A stretch of 64,000 bases of DNA, from contig JBFGKE010000001.1 in the NCBI GenBank assembly GCA_041576815.1, positions 147,708 to 211,707 on the forward strand, in the 5' to 3' direction. Within the stretch, counting starts at the first letter, position 1. Each line of letters opens with the position of its first letter. Below, one piece after another: positions 47,075 through 57,078 of this stretch. The DNA comes from Polyangiales bacterium. GTDB taxonomy: Bacteria > Myxococcota_A > Polyangia > Polyangiales > Houyiibacteriaceae. Below the pieces are notes generated by a model. The model did no database searches, had not been told where the DNA came from, and saw only the letters and a list, made by a program, of their open reading frames with translations. Made by a program: the position numbers and the translations under genes.

Positions 47075-47659
47075 ATGACTCCACTCGACCTCGAGCATCC
47101 GGTTTGGGAGCAGGTTTACATGGTGGCACCGCTCACCATCGTCGGAACCCGCGAGCCCGATGGCACGTACGACCTCGCGCCGAAGCATCTCGCGATCCCC
47201 ATGAGCTGGGAGGACCACTTCGGTTTCGTTTGCACGCCGTCCCATGCGACCTTCGTCAACGCGCGTAGGGAGGGCTGCTTCACGGTCAGCTTCCCGAGGC
47301 CCGATCAGATCGTGCTCACCAGTTTGGCTGCTGCGCCGCGCTGTGACGACGACCACAAGCACACGCTCGAAGCGATTCCCACCGTACCGGCGCGAAAAGT
47401 CGAGGGCGTCCTGCTCGAAAACGCCTACCTGCACTTCGAGTGCGAGCTCGACCGCATCGTCGACGGCCTCGGGCAGAACAGCCTCATCATCGGCCGGATC
47501 GTGGCGGCGTCGGTGGCAGAGGAGAGCCGGAGATACAGGGACCGCGACGCCCAAGAGATGATCGCCCACTCTCCGATGCTGGCCTATCTGCACCCGGGTC
47601 GATTCGCCGAGATTGTGCAGACCCAGGCGTTCCCGTACCACGTCGGCTTCAAACGCTGA
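47075..47659 (+). CDS. Flavin reductase-like (FMN-binding split barrel) protein
   Basis: PLTIVGT...DLAP, HATFVNARREGCFTVSFP, LHFECEL. Confidence 0.8.
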   Translation: MTPLDLEHPVWEQVYMVAPLTIVGTREPDGTYDLAPKHLAIPMSWEDHFGFVCTPSHATFVNARREGCFTVSFPRPDQIVLTSLAAAPRCDDDHKHTLEAIPTVPARKVEGVLLENAYLHFECELDRIVDGLGQNSLIIGRIVAASVAEESRRYRDRDAQEMIAHSPMLAYLHPGRFAEIVQTQAFPYHVGFKR

Positions 47660-47666
47660 GCGTTCG

Positions 47667-48851
47667 ATGCCCCCTGATCTTCCAACGCGAATTCTCGACT
47701 ACCTCGATGGGCAGCGCGCCGAGATGACGACGCTTCTCGAGCGACTCGTCCTGTGCGAATCACCCTCGGGAGACCCGGCGTCGCTCGGTCACATGCTCGA
47801 GCTGCTGTCGGCGGCGTTCGCCGAACGAAGCTTTAGGCCGCGCATTCTGTCGGGCAAGGAGAGCGGCGGGATGCTGCTTGCCATGCCCGTCGACCGGGCC
47901 CGCCACCGTCCGCACCAGCTCGTGCTCGGGCACTGCGACACGGTGTGGCCAACCGGAACTCTGCAAACCATGCCTGTGCGGATCGAGAACGGCGTGTTTT
48001 GGGGGCCGGGCTCCTACGACATGAAGGCAGGATTGGTCCAGGGGCTCTTTGCGCTTCAATCGCTCGCCGCGGCCGGCGCCAACGCGCTGCCGGTGACGCC
48101 GGTGTTTTTCATCAACTCCGACGAGGAGGTCGGGAGCCACGACTCGACCCGGGTGATCACGCGTCTGGCGAGAGGCGCAGACCGATGTTTCGTGCTCGAG
48201 CCGTCACTCGGCGCCGAGGGCGAGCTCAAAACCGCTCGAAAAGGGGTCGGGCGCTTCACCATCACGGTTCGCGGCAAAGCCGCCCATGCCGGTCTCGATC
48301 CAGGCAAAGGCGCCAGCGCCATCCTCGAGCTCTCCCACATCATCCAAAAGCTGTTCGCGCTCAACGATCCCGAACGAGGCGTCACGGTCAACGTCGGCAC
48401 CATCGATGGCGGCCTCAGCCCGAACGTGATCGCGCCCGAGAGCAAAGCCACGGTAGATGTCCGAGTGCCGACCCGGGAAGACGCCGAGCGCATCGAGGCG
48501 ACGATTCATGGCATCACCGCCGAGACGCCAGGAACCGAGGTCGTGATCGAGGGCGCGGTTCGGCGTCCCCCCATGGAGCGGACGCCCCGCAACCAGCGCC
48601 TTTGGCGCCTCGCGGAGCGAGCCGCCGAAGAGCTCGGAATCCGCATCCAGCAGGCGACGGCCGGCGGCGGCTCGGACGGCAACACGACGAGCCAGTATGC
48701 ACCCACGCTCGATGGCCTTGGCGCAGTTGGGGCCGGCGCCCACGCGAGCCACGAGCACCTCGTCCTCGACAGAATGGTGGAGCGCGCCGCGCTCTTGGCA
48801 CGGTTGCTCGCGTTTCCGCCGCTCGACGACGCCTCTCCGCGGGACGCCTAG
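47667..48851 (+). CDS. M20 family metallopeptidase (glutamate carboxypeptidase-like)
   Basis: LGHCDTVW, GPGSYDMKAG, SDEEVGS, GKAAHAG, GGGSDGN, DGLGAVG.GAHA.HE. Confidence 0.9.
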   Translation: MPPDLPTRILDYLDGQRAEMTTLLERLVLCESPSGDPASLGHMLELLSAAFAERSFRPRILSGKESGGMLLAMPVDRARHRPHQLVLGHCDTVWPTGTLQTMPVRIENGVFWGPGSYDMKAGLVQGLFALQSLAAAGANALPVTPVFFINSDEEVGSHDSTRVITRLARGADRCFVLEPSLGAEGELKTARKGVGRFTITVRGKAAHAGLDPGKGASAILELSHIIQKLFALNDPERGVTVNVGTIDGGLSPNVIAPESKATVDVRVPTREDAERIEATIHGITAETPGTEVVIEGAVRRPPMERTPRNQRLWRLAERAAEELGIRIQQATAGGGSDGNTTSQYAPTLDGLGAVGAGAHASHEHLVLDRMVERAALLARLLAFPPLDDASPRDA

Positions 48852-50239
48852 ACCTTTGCCGCACCGATCACGGCGTCGCGCGAAGGCAGGTCATCCGGCA
48901 CGTCAGCCAGCAAGACATCTGCCGGGCATCGCGCGCCCTCGAGCAGCGCGCGAAGAGGGCGCAGGAGCACCGTCTCGTCTTCACCGGCGTGGTTGCGGTC
49001 GCCGATGCGCCGAAGGCCCGCCTCCGCGAGCTCGAGCACCTCGCCCGCCAAGTCCGCTGCGTCGCGGTTCATGAACTTCGCGTGAAGACCGTGTCGGGCG
49101 AGGGAATCGCGTTGGCGCTCGACATCCGGATATGCCCAAGGATCAACGAGCCCCTCGAGCGCTCTGAAGCTCTCATCATCGTAGAGCAGACCTTTCCATA
49201 GCGCGGGGACGGCAAAGGAGAGCTCTGGACGCTGCGCATCGGCGCCGCGATACTCGAGCGTGCTCTTCAGTCGCACTTCGGGGAAGAGTGTGCTCAGGTG
49301 CATCACCCAGTCTTTGTAGCGCGCTCGCACGTCCTCGAACCCCTGCTCCATGAACGCGCGGAACGTCTGCCCCGTGTTGTAGTACGCCTTGCGGTTACGC
49401 TTCACGAGAAACATCGGCGCATCGAGCGCCCACTCGACGTAGTCCCGATAGCGAGGCTGGTCTTTCCAAGCAAACGGCAAGAGCCCGGAGCGATCTGGGT
49501 CCATGTGGAGCCACGTGAGCGCCCGATAGGACCGATAGTCACTGCGTTTGCCGCTTTCCCAAGGGCTGTTCGCGAACATCGCAGTCACCAGCGGCTGTGC
49601 GCGAAGGCCCACCCGGAGCTTCCGCATGGCGTCTTCCTCGGACGCGTAGTCGAGGTTCGCCTGCACGGTGCAGGTCTTGGTCATCATCTCGGCCGCCATC
49701 GTGCCGCGCGTCGGCAGGTAGCGGCGCATCACGTCGTAGCGCATCTTGGGGACCCAGCCGAGCTCCTCGACCGACGCAAAGGGGTGATAGCCGAGCGAAA
49801 GCCACACGAGCCCCAGCTCCTCGATGACCGGCTGAAGCGCGGCCCAGTGCGCATCCGATTCTGCTTTGCCTTCGTGCACCGTCGTGAACGGCGAGCCCGA
49901 GAGCTCGATTTGGGATCCGGGCTCGAGTGTGATCGACCCGTCCTTGCGGCGGAGTGCGACGATCGGCCCTGCGGCGGTCTCCCGCTCGGGCTCCCAGCCC
50001 TGGTTTCGAATCAGCTGGTCGAAGATCGCGACGACACTGACCTGGCCGTCGTAGGGAAGGTGCTCGCCTCCGCTGGCCCGCACCGCGAACCGCTCCGCCT
50101 CGGTGCCGATTCGCCACTCTGCCCGTGGCGTCTCCGAGTCGTAAAACAGTGCAAGCAGGTCATCGATCCCGCGAAGCGGCGCATCGGGTGTTGGCAACGT
50201 GTCCTCTAGGTCCGCCCGTCGGGCGCCGGACCCTACCAC
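48848..50239 (-). CDS. gshA: Glutamate--cysteine ligase (plant/alphaproteobacterial type)
   Basis: IGTEAERF, TLEPGSQIELSG, PKMRYDVMRRY, MMTKTCTVQANLD, AMFANSP, TLFPEVRLK..LEYRGAD; start uncertain (GTG at 50239 assumed). Confidence 0.88.
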   Translation of the reverse strand: MVGSGARRADLEDTLPTPDAPLRGIDDLLALFYDSETPRAEWRIGTEAERFAVRASGGEHLPYDGQVSVVAIFDQLIRNQGWEPERETAAGPIVALRRKDGSITLEPGSQIELSGSPFTTVHEGKAESDAHWAALQPVIEELGLVWLSLGYHPFASVEELGWVPKMRYDVMRRYLPTRGTMAAEMMTKTCTVQANLDYASEEDAMRKLRVGLRAQPLVTAMFANSPWESGKRSDYRSYRALTWLHMDPDRSGLLPFAWKDQPRYRDYVEWALDAPMFLVKRNRKAYYNTGQTFRAFMEQGFEDVRARYKDWVMHLSTLFPEVRLKSTLEYRGADAQRPELSFAVPALWKGLLYDDESFRALEGLVDPWAYPDVERQRDSLARHGLHAKFMNRDAADLAGEVLELAEAGLRRIGDRNHAGEDETVLLRPLRALLEGARCPADVLLADVPDDLPSRDAVIGAAKV

Positions 50240-50318
50240 GAAGGTCGCACGCGTGCCCCCCCGGGCCCCGGTTCGAAACGAGGTTGCGCCGGCCGGCCGG
50301 ACGTGGTGGAACACCCCC

Positions 50319-50867
50319 GTGGATCGTTTGCTCGAGCTTCTTCGGGAACGTGGTTTCCGGCGTGGCCATTTCGTGTTGAGCTCCGGACGCGAGAGCGACT
50401 TCTTCATCGACTGCAAGCCGGCGGTCTTGTCGGCAGAAGGGCATGCGCTGGTCGGGAAGGCGCTCCTCCAGAGAATTCGCGAGGCCTTCGGCCCGGTGAA
50501 CGCCGTGGCGGGCGTCGAGCTCGGCGGATGTCCGCTCGCGTCGGCGGTGGCTCAGGCGTCTTGGTCGAACGGACCGCCGCTCGATGCGGTTTACGTCCGC
50601 AAAGCGAGCAAACGGCACGGCACACGGAAGCTCCTGGAGGGCGCCGGTCATCTGGCACCGGGTGCAAAGCTCGCGGTCGTCGAGGATACGGTCACGACGG
50701 GCGGCTCCACGCGTCGCGCCATTCAGGCCATCCGCGAGGCGGGCTTCGACGTGGAGGGCGTCGTCACCGTGGTCGACCGCCTCGAAGGTGGCGCCACGGC
50801 CATTCGAGACGAGGGCGTGCGATTCAGCGCGCTCTACGATCGCAGCGACTTCATGGAGGATCCATGA
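50319..50867 (+). CDS. pyrE: Orotate phosphoribosyltransferase
   Basis: GHFVLSSGRESDFFIDCK, VAGVELGG, VRKASKRHG, VVEDTVTTGGS, VVDRLEG. Confidence 0.93.
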   Translation: MDRLLELLRERGFRRGHFVLSSGRESDFFIDCKPAVLSAEGHALVGKALLQRIREAFGPVNAVAGVELGGCPLASAVAQASWSNGPPLDAVYVRKASKRHGTRKLLEGAGHLAPGAKLAVVEDTVTTGGSTRRAIQAIREAGFDVEGVVTVVDRLEGGATAIRDEGVRFSALYDRSDFMEDP

Positions 50868-51508
50868 GACGGGCCGGGCTGTTGATCATCGCCGCTTCTC
50901 TCTGCGTCGCCGGCTGCAAGCCCCAGAAGATCTCGATGGACCCGGGCGCACGCACCTTCACGCCCGATTCCTACAGGCGGGTGTGGGACGCCTGGACTCG
51001 GGAAAAGGAGTCCTTCGCGTGGAAAGAGCTCTCCCACGAGATCTTCGTCTCGGCGACCTTCGAATCGTGGGAGTTTCGATGGGCGTACGTGGTTCGGTAC
51101 GCGCACGACTACAGCCTGACCCCTGAAGCGCGAGACGAGATGCTCCAAGCCAGTCTCTCGAGCTCGCGGCAGGAGCATCGGTTCTTCGTGACGCTTTCCG
51201 GGATGGACTTTCGCGAGTCGAACCTCGCCGGCAAGACATCGGCATGGCGCGTGCTGCTCGTCGACCCGTCGGGGAACCAGACCGTGCCGGTGCTGATGGA
51301 GCGGGTGAGGCGGCCGACCGCCGTCGACCGGGTCTACTTCCCGCAGGTCAATGCCTTCCGTCAGACGTTCCGGGTCACATTTCCCGCCGTGGAGGCCGAC
51401 GGCCGCCAAACCATCCCCGAAGACGCCGAATTCGTCATTCTTCGCTTCACAGGCGCCCGGGGCAGGGCCGACCTCCGATGGCAGCTGCGGCCGTCTCAGG
51501 GCGGCTGA
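50864..51508 (+). CDS. Hypothetical lipoprotein
   Basis: ATG overlaps the pyrE stop; signal peptide with lipobox VAGC; no known domain recognised. Confidence 0.75.
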   Translation: MRRAGLLIIAASLCVAGCKPQKISMDPGARTFTPDSYRRVWDAWTREKESFAWKELSHEIFVSATFESWEFRWAYVVRYAHDYSLTPEARDEMLQASLSSSRQEHRFFVTLSGMDFRESNLAGKTSAWRVLLVDPSGNQTVPVLMERVRRPTAVDRVYFPQVNAFRQTFRVTFPAVEADGRQTIPEDAEFVILRFTGARGRADLRWQLRPSQGG

Positions 51509-51514
51509 AGAAGT

Positions 51515-51544
51515 TTGACAGCGTCGATCCCGGGTCGCTATGAT
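51515..51544 (+). promoter_or_regulatory. Sigma70-type promoter
   Basis: TTGACA (51515-51520), 18 nt, TATGAT (51539-51544), upstream of the HEAT-repeat gene. Confidence 0.7.
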
Positions 51545-51604
51545 TCTGTTGTCGCGTAAGCCTTCGTAACAAATGGGGAAACGGGTTCACGCGGGGAGGT
51601 CCGA

Positions 51605-53293
51605 ATGATTGTGCGCCACAGGGGGTGGGCGGTTGCAGTTCTCGTTGCAGCGCTCGGGTTGGGTTGTCACGCCGCCGAAGACGATCCGGAAGGTCAGGCC
51701 AGTGAGCTGTCGGATCCGGTTCGGCGCGAAAACGCCATCTTCAACTTGAAGAAGATCTACACCGAGACGCTCGCGGCCAACGGCGGCGACCGTTCGAGCG
51801 CCGGCGTGCAGGAGGTGGCGGACGACATCGTCGGTCCGCTGACGCAGGCCTATCTCGACTACCCGGAGGATCGGATCAACGGGCTCGGCATTCTCGACCT
51901 GCTGTACGAAATGCAGGATCCGCGAAGCCTTCCTGCGCTGACCGAAGCGCTCAACTGGCGCAACGAGGTGTCCGAGGACCATGCGATTCGCGCTGCGCAG
52001 ACGATCCAAGGAATGGACGTGCCAGCCGCGGAGCGGCCCGACGTCATTCAAACGCTTTCGAGCTCGCTCGAGCGCATCACGGATTCGCGCACGGTCGACA
52101 ACAAGATGCGCGTCGCGATGATTCGCGCGCTCGGCTCGCTCGAGGACCGCGGAGCGACGCAGATCCTCACGAAGATTGCGACCAAGCAGGACGAGAAGCA
52201 GAACTTCCTGATCAACCGTCTGGCCGCGCAGCAGCTCGGCGAGCTCAAGGATCCCGCGGCGATTCCAGCGCTGATTCAATGCCTGTTCTTGTTTGCGCCC
52301 AACCGGCCCGAGCTGCGCATGAACGACGTCGCGGCCGAGGCGCTGATCCTGATCGGCCGCCCCTCTCTCAAACCGCTGCTCGGAGTCCTCGCGGGCAAGG
52401 ATGCTACGGCAAACGCGATCGCAGAGCAGTACATCGGCGCGATCAAGGCCAGACGGCCGGACCTCGCCAACCAGATGACCGTTCGGCAGGTCACCGGTGG
52501 CGAAGCGAGCTTTGCGCTCGGCGCGCTCGGTTTCTCGGAGGCCCTCGACCCGCTCCTGAACGAGGCCACCTCTTCGGACACGGCCCGCAAGCTCAACGCG
52601 GCGATCGCGCTCGTTCGTATCAACGCACCGGCCGCGGAGAGGGACCGCGTCCGGTCGACCTTGAAGAAGGTCTACGGGGAGCTGCCCAAGGGCCTTGAGG
52701 GGGTCCGCATGAGGGGTCAGCTCCTCGCGGCAATTGCCCACACCTACGACGCCGAGATGATGCCGTTCATCCTCGAACAGGTCACGGACACGAAGGCCAA
52801 CCCAGAGGTCCGGCTGATCGCGGTTCAGAACTACGCGCTGCTCGCCAACGAAGCGGAGGCTGCCAAGCTGGCGGCGGCCATCGCGGCTGAAAAACCATCC
52901 GAGGCGGGCGGGTATCGGGAAAAGTTCGAGGAGCGAAAGCCGTTGCTCGATCTCGCGAAGGAGTGCGACACGAGCGTCGATTGCTGGATCTCCAAGGCGG
53001 GCAGCGCCGACGCGAACAAGGCGCGTAAGGGCGCTTACATGTTGGGCCGATACGGAAGCGGGAACGACCAGGCCATCGACGCCTTGGTGGGTCAGCTCGG
53101 AAGCGACGACCTCGGTGTTCGTCTCTCGGCCCTGATGGCGACCGATCGAATCGCAAGCAAGGGCAGCACAGCCGCCGTCGCCAAGATCGACGAGCTTCGG
53201 ACGCGGGAAGAGGGACAGTCCGTGTGGGCGCGCTTCCGGGGTGAAGCGCTTCCGATCCAGGCGCGCCTCCGAAGCCGTGCGCACAACGGTTGA
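51605..53293 (+). CDS. HEAT-repeat lipoprotein
   Basis: Lipobox LGLGC; recurrent helical repeats (IRALGSL, AAQQLGEL, ASFALGALG, AAIALVRI, GAYMLGRY). Confidence 0.75.
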   Translation: MIVRHRGWAVAVLVAALGLGCHAAEDDPEGQASELSDPVRRENAIFNLKKIYTETLAANGGDRSSAGVQEVADDIVGPLTQAYLDYPEDRINGLGILDLLYEMQDPRSLPALTEALNWRNEVSEDHAIRAAQTIQGMDVPAAERPDVIQTLSSSLERITDSRTVDNKMRVAMIRALGSLEDRGATQILTKIATKQDEKQNFLINRLAAQQLGELKDPAAIPALIQCLFLFAPNRPELRMNDVAAEALILIGRPSLKPLLGVLAGKDATANAIAEQYIGAIKARRPDLANQMTVRQVTGGEASFALGALGFSEALDPLLNEATSSDTARKLNAAIALVRINAPAAERDRVRSTLKKVYGELPKGLEGVRMRGQLLAAIAHTYDAEMMPFILEQVTDTKANPEVRLIAVQNYALLANEAEAAKLAAAIAAEKPSEAGGYREKFEERKPLLDLAKECDTSVDCWISKAGSADANKARKGAYMLGRYGSGNDQAIDALVGQLGSDDLGVRLSALMATDRIASKGSTAAVAKIDELRTREEGQSVWARFRGEALPIQARLRSRAHNG

Positions 53294-53312
53294 GGACCCG
53301 CGCGAGTGAGCC

Positions 53313-54206
53313 GTGGTGCGGACCGTCGCCATCATCGTCGCGTTCGGCGCCATCGTGCTCGCGGGCTGCGCTCCGAGAAAACCGGACTCGGAGACGACGA
53401 CGGCCCCGCAGCAGGCCGTCGAGAACGTGGTTGCCCGGGTTGGAGACCGTGCGATCGGAGCCTCCGACGTTCGTGCGAGGATGGCCGCCGAAGGCCTCGA
53501 CGCCGAGGGCGCCCTCCAGCAGCTCGTCGACGAGGAGCTTCTCTTGTCCGAGGCGAGACGTCTCGGCTTCTCAGAGGACCGGCAGACCAAGCGCGCGCTC
53601 GAGCGGCAAATGGTCCGCGCGATGCTTCGAGACCTCGAAGCGCAAAACACGCCCGCTTCGATCACGGTCGAGGAGCTGCGCGAGGACTTCGCGCTGCACC
53701 GAGAAAAGCTCCAAGTGCCGGAGCGTCGCCGTTCGTGGCACATCCTCGTCCGCGAGCCCGGTGATGCAGGTCGTTTGCAGGCCGAGTCCATCCTCCGCGA
53801 CCTGCGCACGGCGAAAGAGCCGCGCTCCGTCTTCGACCGATATGCGGCCGACGGCTCGGCGGAGCTCAAAGCGGAGGAACTTCCGCCGATTACCCGCAAA
53901 GCCTCGATTGAAAAGCCATACCTCGACGCGGTCTTCGAAGCCGAGTCCGAGGGCCTGATCGATCGGGTCGTGAAGACTTCGTATGGGTGGCACGCGATTT
54001 TCGTGGCGGAGATCCAGCCCGCGGAACGCAGGACGCTGGCTGACGTCGAGGAGGAAAGCCGCGAGCGGCTCAGTCAGAAGAAGCGCTTCGAGCGGCTGAA
54101 CGCGATCATCCAGGGTCTCGAAGCAGATGGGCTCGTCGAGCTCGAGGAAGAGATGGTGGAGCGGCTCGTTTCAGCAAAGGGCCTTCCGCAGCCCGCCCCC
54201 AAGTGA
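53313..54206 (+). CDS. Parvulin/PpiC-type peptidyl-prolyl isomerase lipoprotein (PrsA/SurA-like)
   Basis: Lipobox LAGC; VARVGDRAI, LQQLVDEELLL.EARRLG, HILV, VKTSYGWHAI. Confidence 0.8.
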   Translation: MVRTVAIIVAFGAIVLAGCAPRKPDSETTTAPQQAVENVVARVGDRAIGASDVRARMAAEGLDAEGALQQLVDEELLLSEARRLGFSEDRQTKRALERQMVRAMLRDLEAQNTPASITVEELREDFALHREKLQVPERRRSWHILVREPGDAGRLQAESILRDLRTAKEPRSVFDRYAADGSAELKAEELPPITRKASIEKPYLDAVFEAESEGLIDRVVKTSYGWHAIFVAEIQPAERRTLADVEEESRERLSQKKRFERLNAIIQGLEADGLVELEEEMVERLVSAKGLPQPAPK

Positions 54207-54216
54207 TCGCGACGCC

Positions 54217-56046
54217 TCAATCGGCGGACTGAAGGCGCGAGCCGCGCACCTCGTACACCCGCGGAGGCCGCGCCGGTGTGCGTTCGATCGACAGGGAGTC
54301 CACGGAGGTCACCGGGTCCACACCCGAGCCGGCTTTCAGTGCATCGGCCAGCGCCTCGCGAGTCTGGTTCCCGCGCCTCAGCGTCGACGCGATGATGCGA
54401 TACGCATCGTAGCCATATGCCGCGAATACGTGCGGCGGCCGGCCGTATCGCGTTTCATAGGCCGCTCGGAACTCCTCGTTGAGGGCGGTTTCGGAGGCCG
54501 AATAGAAGGGCAGGGAGACGAGGGCGCCCTGCAGATATCGCTGTGCTTGCCCGAGGAGCTCGGGCGACCAACTCGGGCTCGGCAGGAGAAAGGTCACCTG
54601 GCGTTCCGCGTGCTCGGGCAGGGTTCGGCCGGCAAGGCTCCACGCGCCTTCGGCGGCAAAGGTGGGCGCAATCAGGGCGACCTGCTCGGAGACGTCCGCG
54701 AAGAGGACGACGTCGCAGCTGGTTTCGAGCACGGTTCGCACGTAGTCGACGAACGATTTGGTTCCCGGCGGGTAGGCGATGCCTTCGCAGTAGACACCGC
54801 CCGCGGCCGCGACCTCCTGATCGAAGAGGCGCTCCATCGTGCGCCCGTAGCCGTGATCGGGATAAAGGATCACGAAGCGCGATCGCCCACGCGCGCGCGC
54901 TTTTCCGACCAACGCCGTCAGCTCGTCACGCGGGCTGTACGAGAAGCGGAAGACGCGATCGCCGGACAGCGTGACGTCCTCGGACGCCGAAAAGCTCAGC
55001 AGCGGTACGCCCGCGCGGCTGGTGGATTCCGCGACGGCTGCCGTCTCTTTGGCTCCTACGGGCCCGAGAACCGCTACCACGCGTCGATTGCCAATGAGAG
55101 ACCCGACGGCGGCGGACGCCGTCGATGCGCTGCCGGCCGTATCTTCGACGACGAGCTCCGGGCCGCCCTCTTCGAGCGCTGCGAGCTGCATCCCCTGAAG
55201 CAGATGGCGGCCCACCTCGCGACCGCGCCCGCTCAATGGCAGCAACGCACCCACGACGTACGGATTGCCGTGAAGAAACTCGTCGGCGCGTGCGATCAGC
55301 ATGGCGACTTCCGGTTCCGCCGCCGCCTCGCTCCTGCGCAGCGCGTCGGAGGTGCGAACGACGAGATCGGCATCCGAGTCGTCGAGCCCGTGCTCCAGGA
55401 GTCGCACCGCGACCGACGTGTGGGGGGCGGCCCCGTCGCGAAGCTCGTCGAAAAGGGCCACGGCCTCTTCGAGGGTGAGCTTGCGCGCGAGGAGGTCGAC
55501 CGCTGCGCGGGTGCGCTGTGGGTCTGGTGGTGGCCCGCCCCGCTCGAAGAGCCGGTCTACGATTCGCAGCCCGGTGGAGCCCGTCGTCGTCTGCTCGGCG
55601 GCAATGACCGCCGTGTCCCAAAGGAGCGCTTGCTCCTCCGCGGAAAATCGCTCGCCTGCCAGAGGCTCGATCGATTGGAGCGCGCTTTCGGGGTCGTTTT
55701 CACGAAGCTGACATACGGCGAGATGGAGCGATGCACGCAGCGCAATCGCCCGATCGACGCTGTCCCGGGCTTGGTCGAAGTACGAAATCGCTCGCGAGCA
55801 CCGATCGAGGTCCGACGCGAGAATGCCGAGCTCGAGACGGGCGAGGTCGGCTTCCGGCGTCCCGGGATGCTCGATGATGAAGGTTTCGTACGCGTTTTGG
55901 GCACCGCCGATGTCGCCGTCTTCCGCGAGCGCGCGCGCCCGCGCGATCTCCGCGGGCGGCGCTTTTTCCAGAGGGCTTTCGACTTTCTTTGGCGCGCAGC
56001 CGACGAAGAGCGCCAGCGCCGCGCATGCGAGCACGCGTCTGACCAT
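54217..56046 (-). CDS. Penicillin-binding protein activator LpoA-like lipoprotein (TPR plus periplasmic binding protein fold)
   Basis: Lipobox FVGC; N-terminal TPR-like helices; VGALLPLSGR, AVLGPV, ILYPDHGYG, AAYGYDA. Confidence 0.8.
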   Translation of the reverse strand: MVRRVLACAALALFVGCAPKKVESPLEKAPPAEIARARALAEDGDIGGAQNAYETFIIEHPGTPEADLARLELGILASDLDRCSRAISYFDQARDSVDRAIALRASLHLAVCQLRENDPESALQSIEPLAGERFSAEEQALLWDTAVIAAEQTTTGSTGLRIVDRLFERGGPPPDPQRTRAAVDLLARKLTLEEAVALFDELRDGAAPHTSVAVRLLEHGLDDSDADLVVRTSDALRRSEAAAEPEVAMLIARADEFLHGNPYVVGALLPLSGRGREVGRHLLQGMQLAALEEGGPELVVEDTAGSASTASAAVGSLIGNRRVVAVLGPVGAKETAAVAESTSRAGVPLLSFSASEDVTLSGDRVFRFSYSPRDELTALVGKARARGRSRFVILYPDHGYGRTMERLFDQEVAAAGGVYCEGIAYPPGTKSFVDYVRTVLETSCDVVLFADVSEQVALIAPTFAAEGAWSLAGRTLPEHAERQVTFLLPSPSWSPELLGQAQRYLQGALVSLPFYSASETALNEEFRAAYETRYGRPPHVFAAYGYDAYRIIASTLRRGNQTREALADALKAGSGVDPVTSVDSLSIERTPARPPRVYEVRGSRLQSAD

Positions 56047-56093
56047 GCGGGCGCACGATACTCGCCCGACCTCCGGCCCGCCACGTTGGGCCG

Positions 56094-56936
56094 CTAACCC
56101 GCCGCGTCCCAGTGCTCTGCCAGCGCCGCGAACTCCTCGATCGAGAGTGTTTCTCCCCGTCTCGCCGGGTCGATCTTCGCGCTTTTCAGCGCGCGTTCAC
56201 TCCGCCCGGGGTCGCCTAGGCCGCGGAGGGCGTTCTTGAGGGTCTTTCGGCGCATTTGAAAGGACGCACGAACCACCCTGCGAAACGACTCGGTCTCCTC
56301 GACGATCGGTGTCGGGCGCGGCCGTAGACGAACGACCGCGCTGTCCACCCGGGGAGCCGGGTAGAACGCCCCGGGGCGAAGCCGGAAAAGCGTCTCGACG
56401 TCGAACGCGGCGCGGACGAATACGGTCAGCGCGCCGTATTCCTTGGTCGACGCGGAGGCGACGAGGCGGTCTCGAACCTCTCGTTGGACCATCAAGACGG
56501 CCCCGGAGAGTGCGCTTCGATGCTCGACGACGCGACGCAGAATTGCCCCGGTCGCCTGGTAGGGAAGGTTTCCGGTCACGACCAGGTTAGCGTCCGAAAC
56601 GCCGGACTCGGCAACCCAATCGAGTCTCGCCGCATCACCTTCGACGATTCGAAGCGCCGGCCTCTCCCCGAGCTCCGACCGAAGCACCCGCACCATGTCC
56701 CGATCGAGCTCGACCGCCAGGACCTCGCAGCCCTGCGCGAGCAGCTCGACGGTGAGGGCGCCCAGGCCCGGCCCTAGCTCGACCACCTGCCTGCCGAGAT
56801 CCACCACGGCCGTGGCGATTCGCTGCGCCGCGCCGGGCTGAATCAGAAAATTTTGTGAAAAAGACCGCTTCGGCTGCAGGTCGTATTTCCTCAAGAGATC
56901 CCGGGGATCTCGCGGTTGCGCACGATCGGCTGTCAC
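56094..56936 (-). CDS. rsmA: 16S rRNA (adenine1518/1519-N6)-dimethyltransferase
   Basis: SQNFL, VELGPGLGALT, GNLPYQ, MVQREV, FYPAPRVDSAVV, RRKTLKNAL, RGETLS. Confidence 0.95.
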   Translation of the reverse strand: MTADRAQPRDPRDLLRKYDLQPKRSFSQNFLIQPGAAQRIATAVVDLGRQVVELGPGLGALTVELLAQGCEVLAVELDRDMVRVLRSELGERPALRIVEGDAARLDWVAESGVSDANLVVTGNLPYQATGAILRRVVEHRSALSGAVLMVQREVRDRLVASASTKEYGALTVFVRAAFDVETLFRLRPGAFYPAPRVDSAVVRLRPRPTPIVEETESFRRVVRASFQMRRKTLKNALRGLGDPGRSERALKSAKIDPARRGETLSIEEFAALAEHWDAAG

Positions 56937-57078
56937 GTGCCCAACTCCGCAAGATCACGTGTTTTTCTGGATGGCATCAGCCGAATGTCTCCCCCTCGTC
57001 ACGTGCGTTGTCAGCCTGGACGGCGTTATTATATTGGTCGAGTGCTTAGATTGACCTAGGTTAAAGACAGAGGATCCA

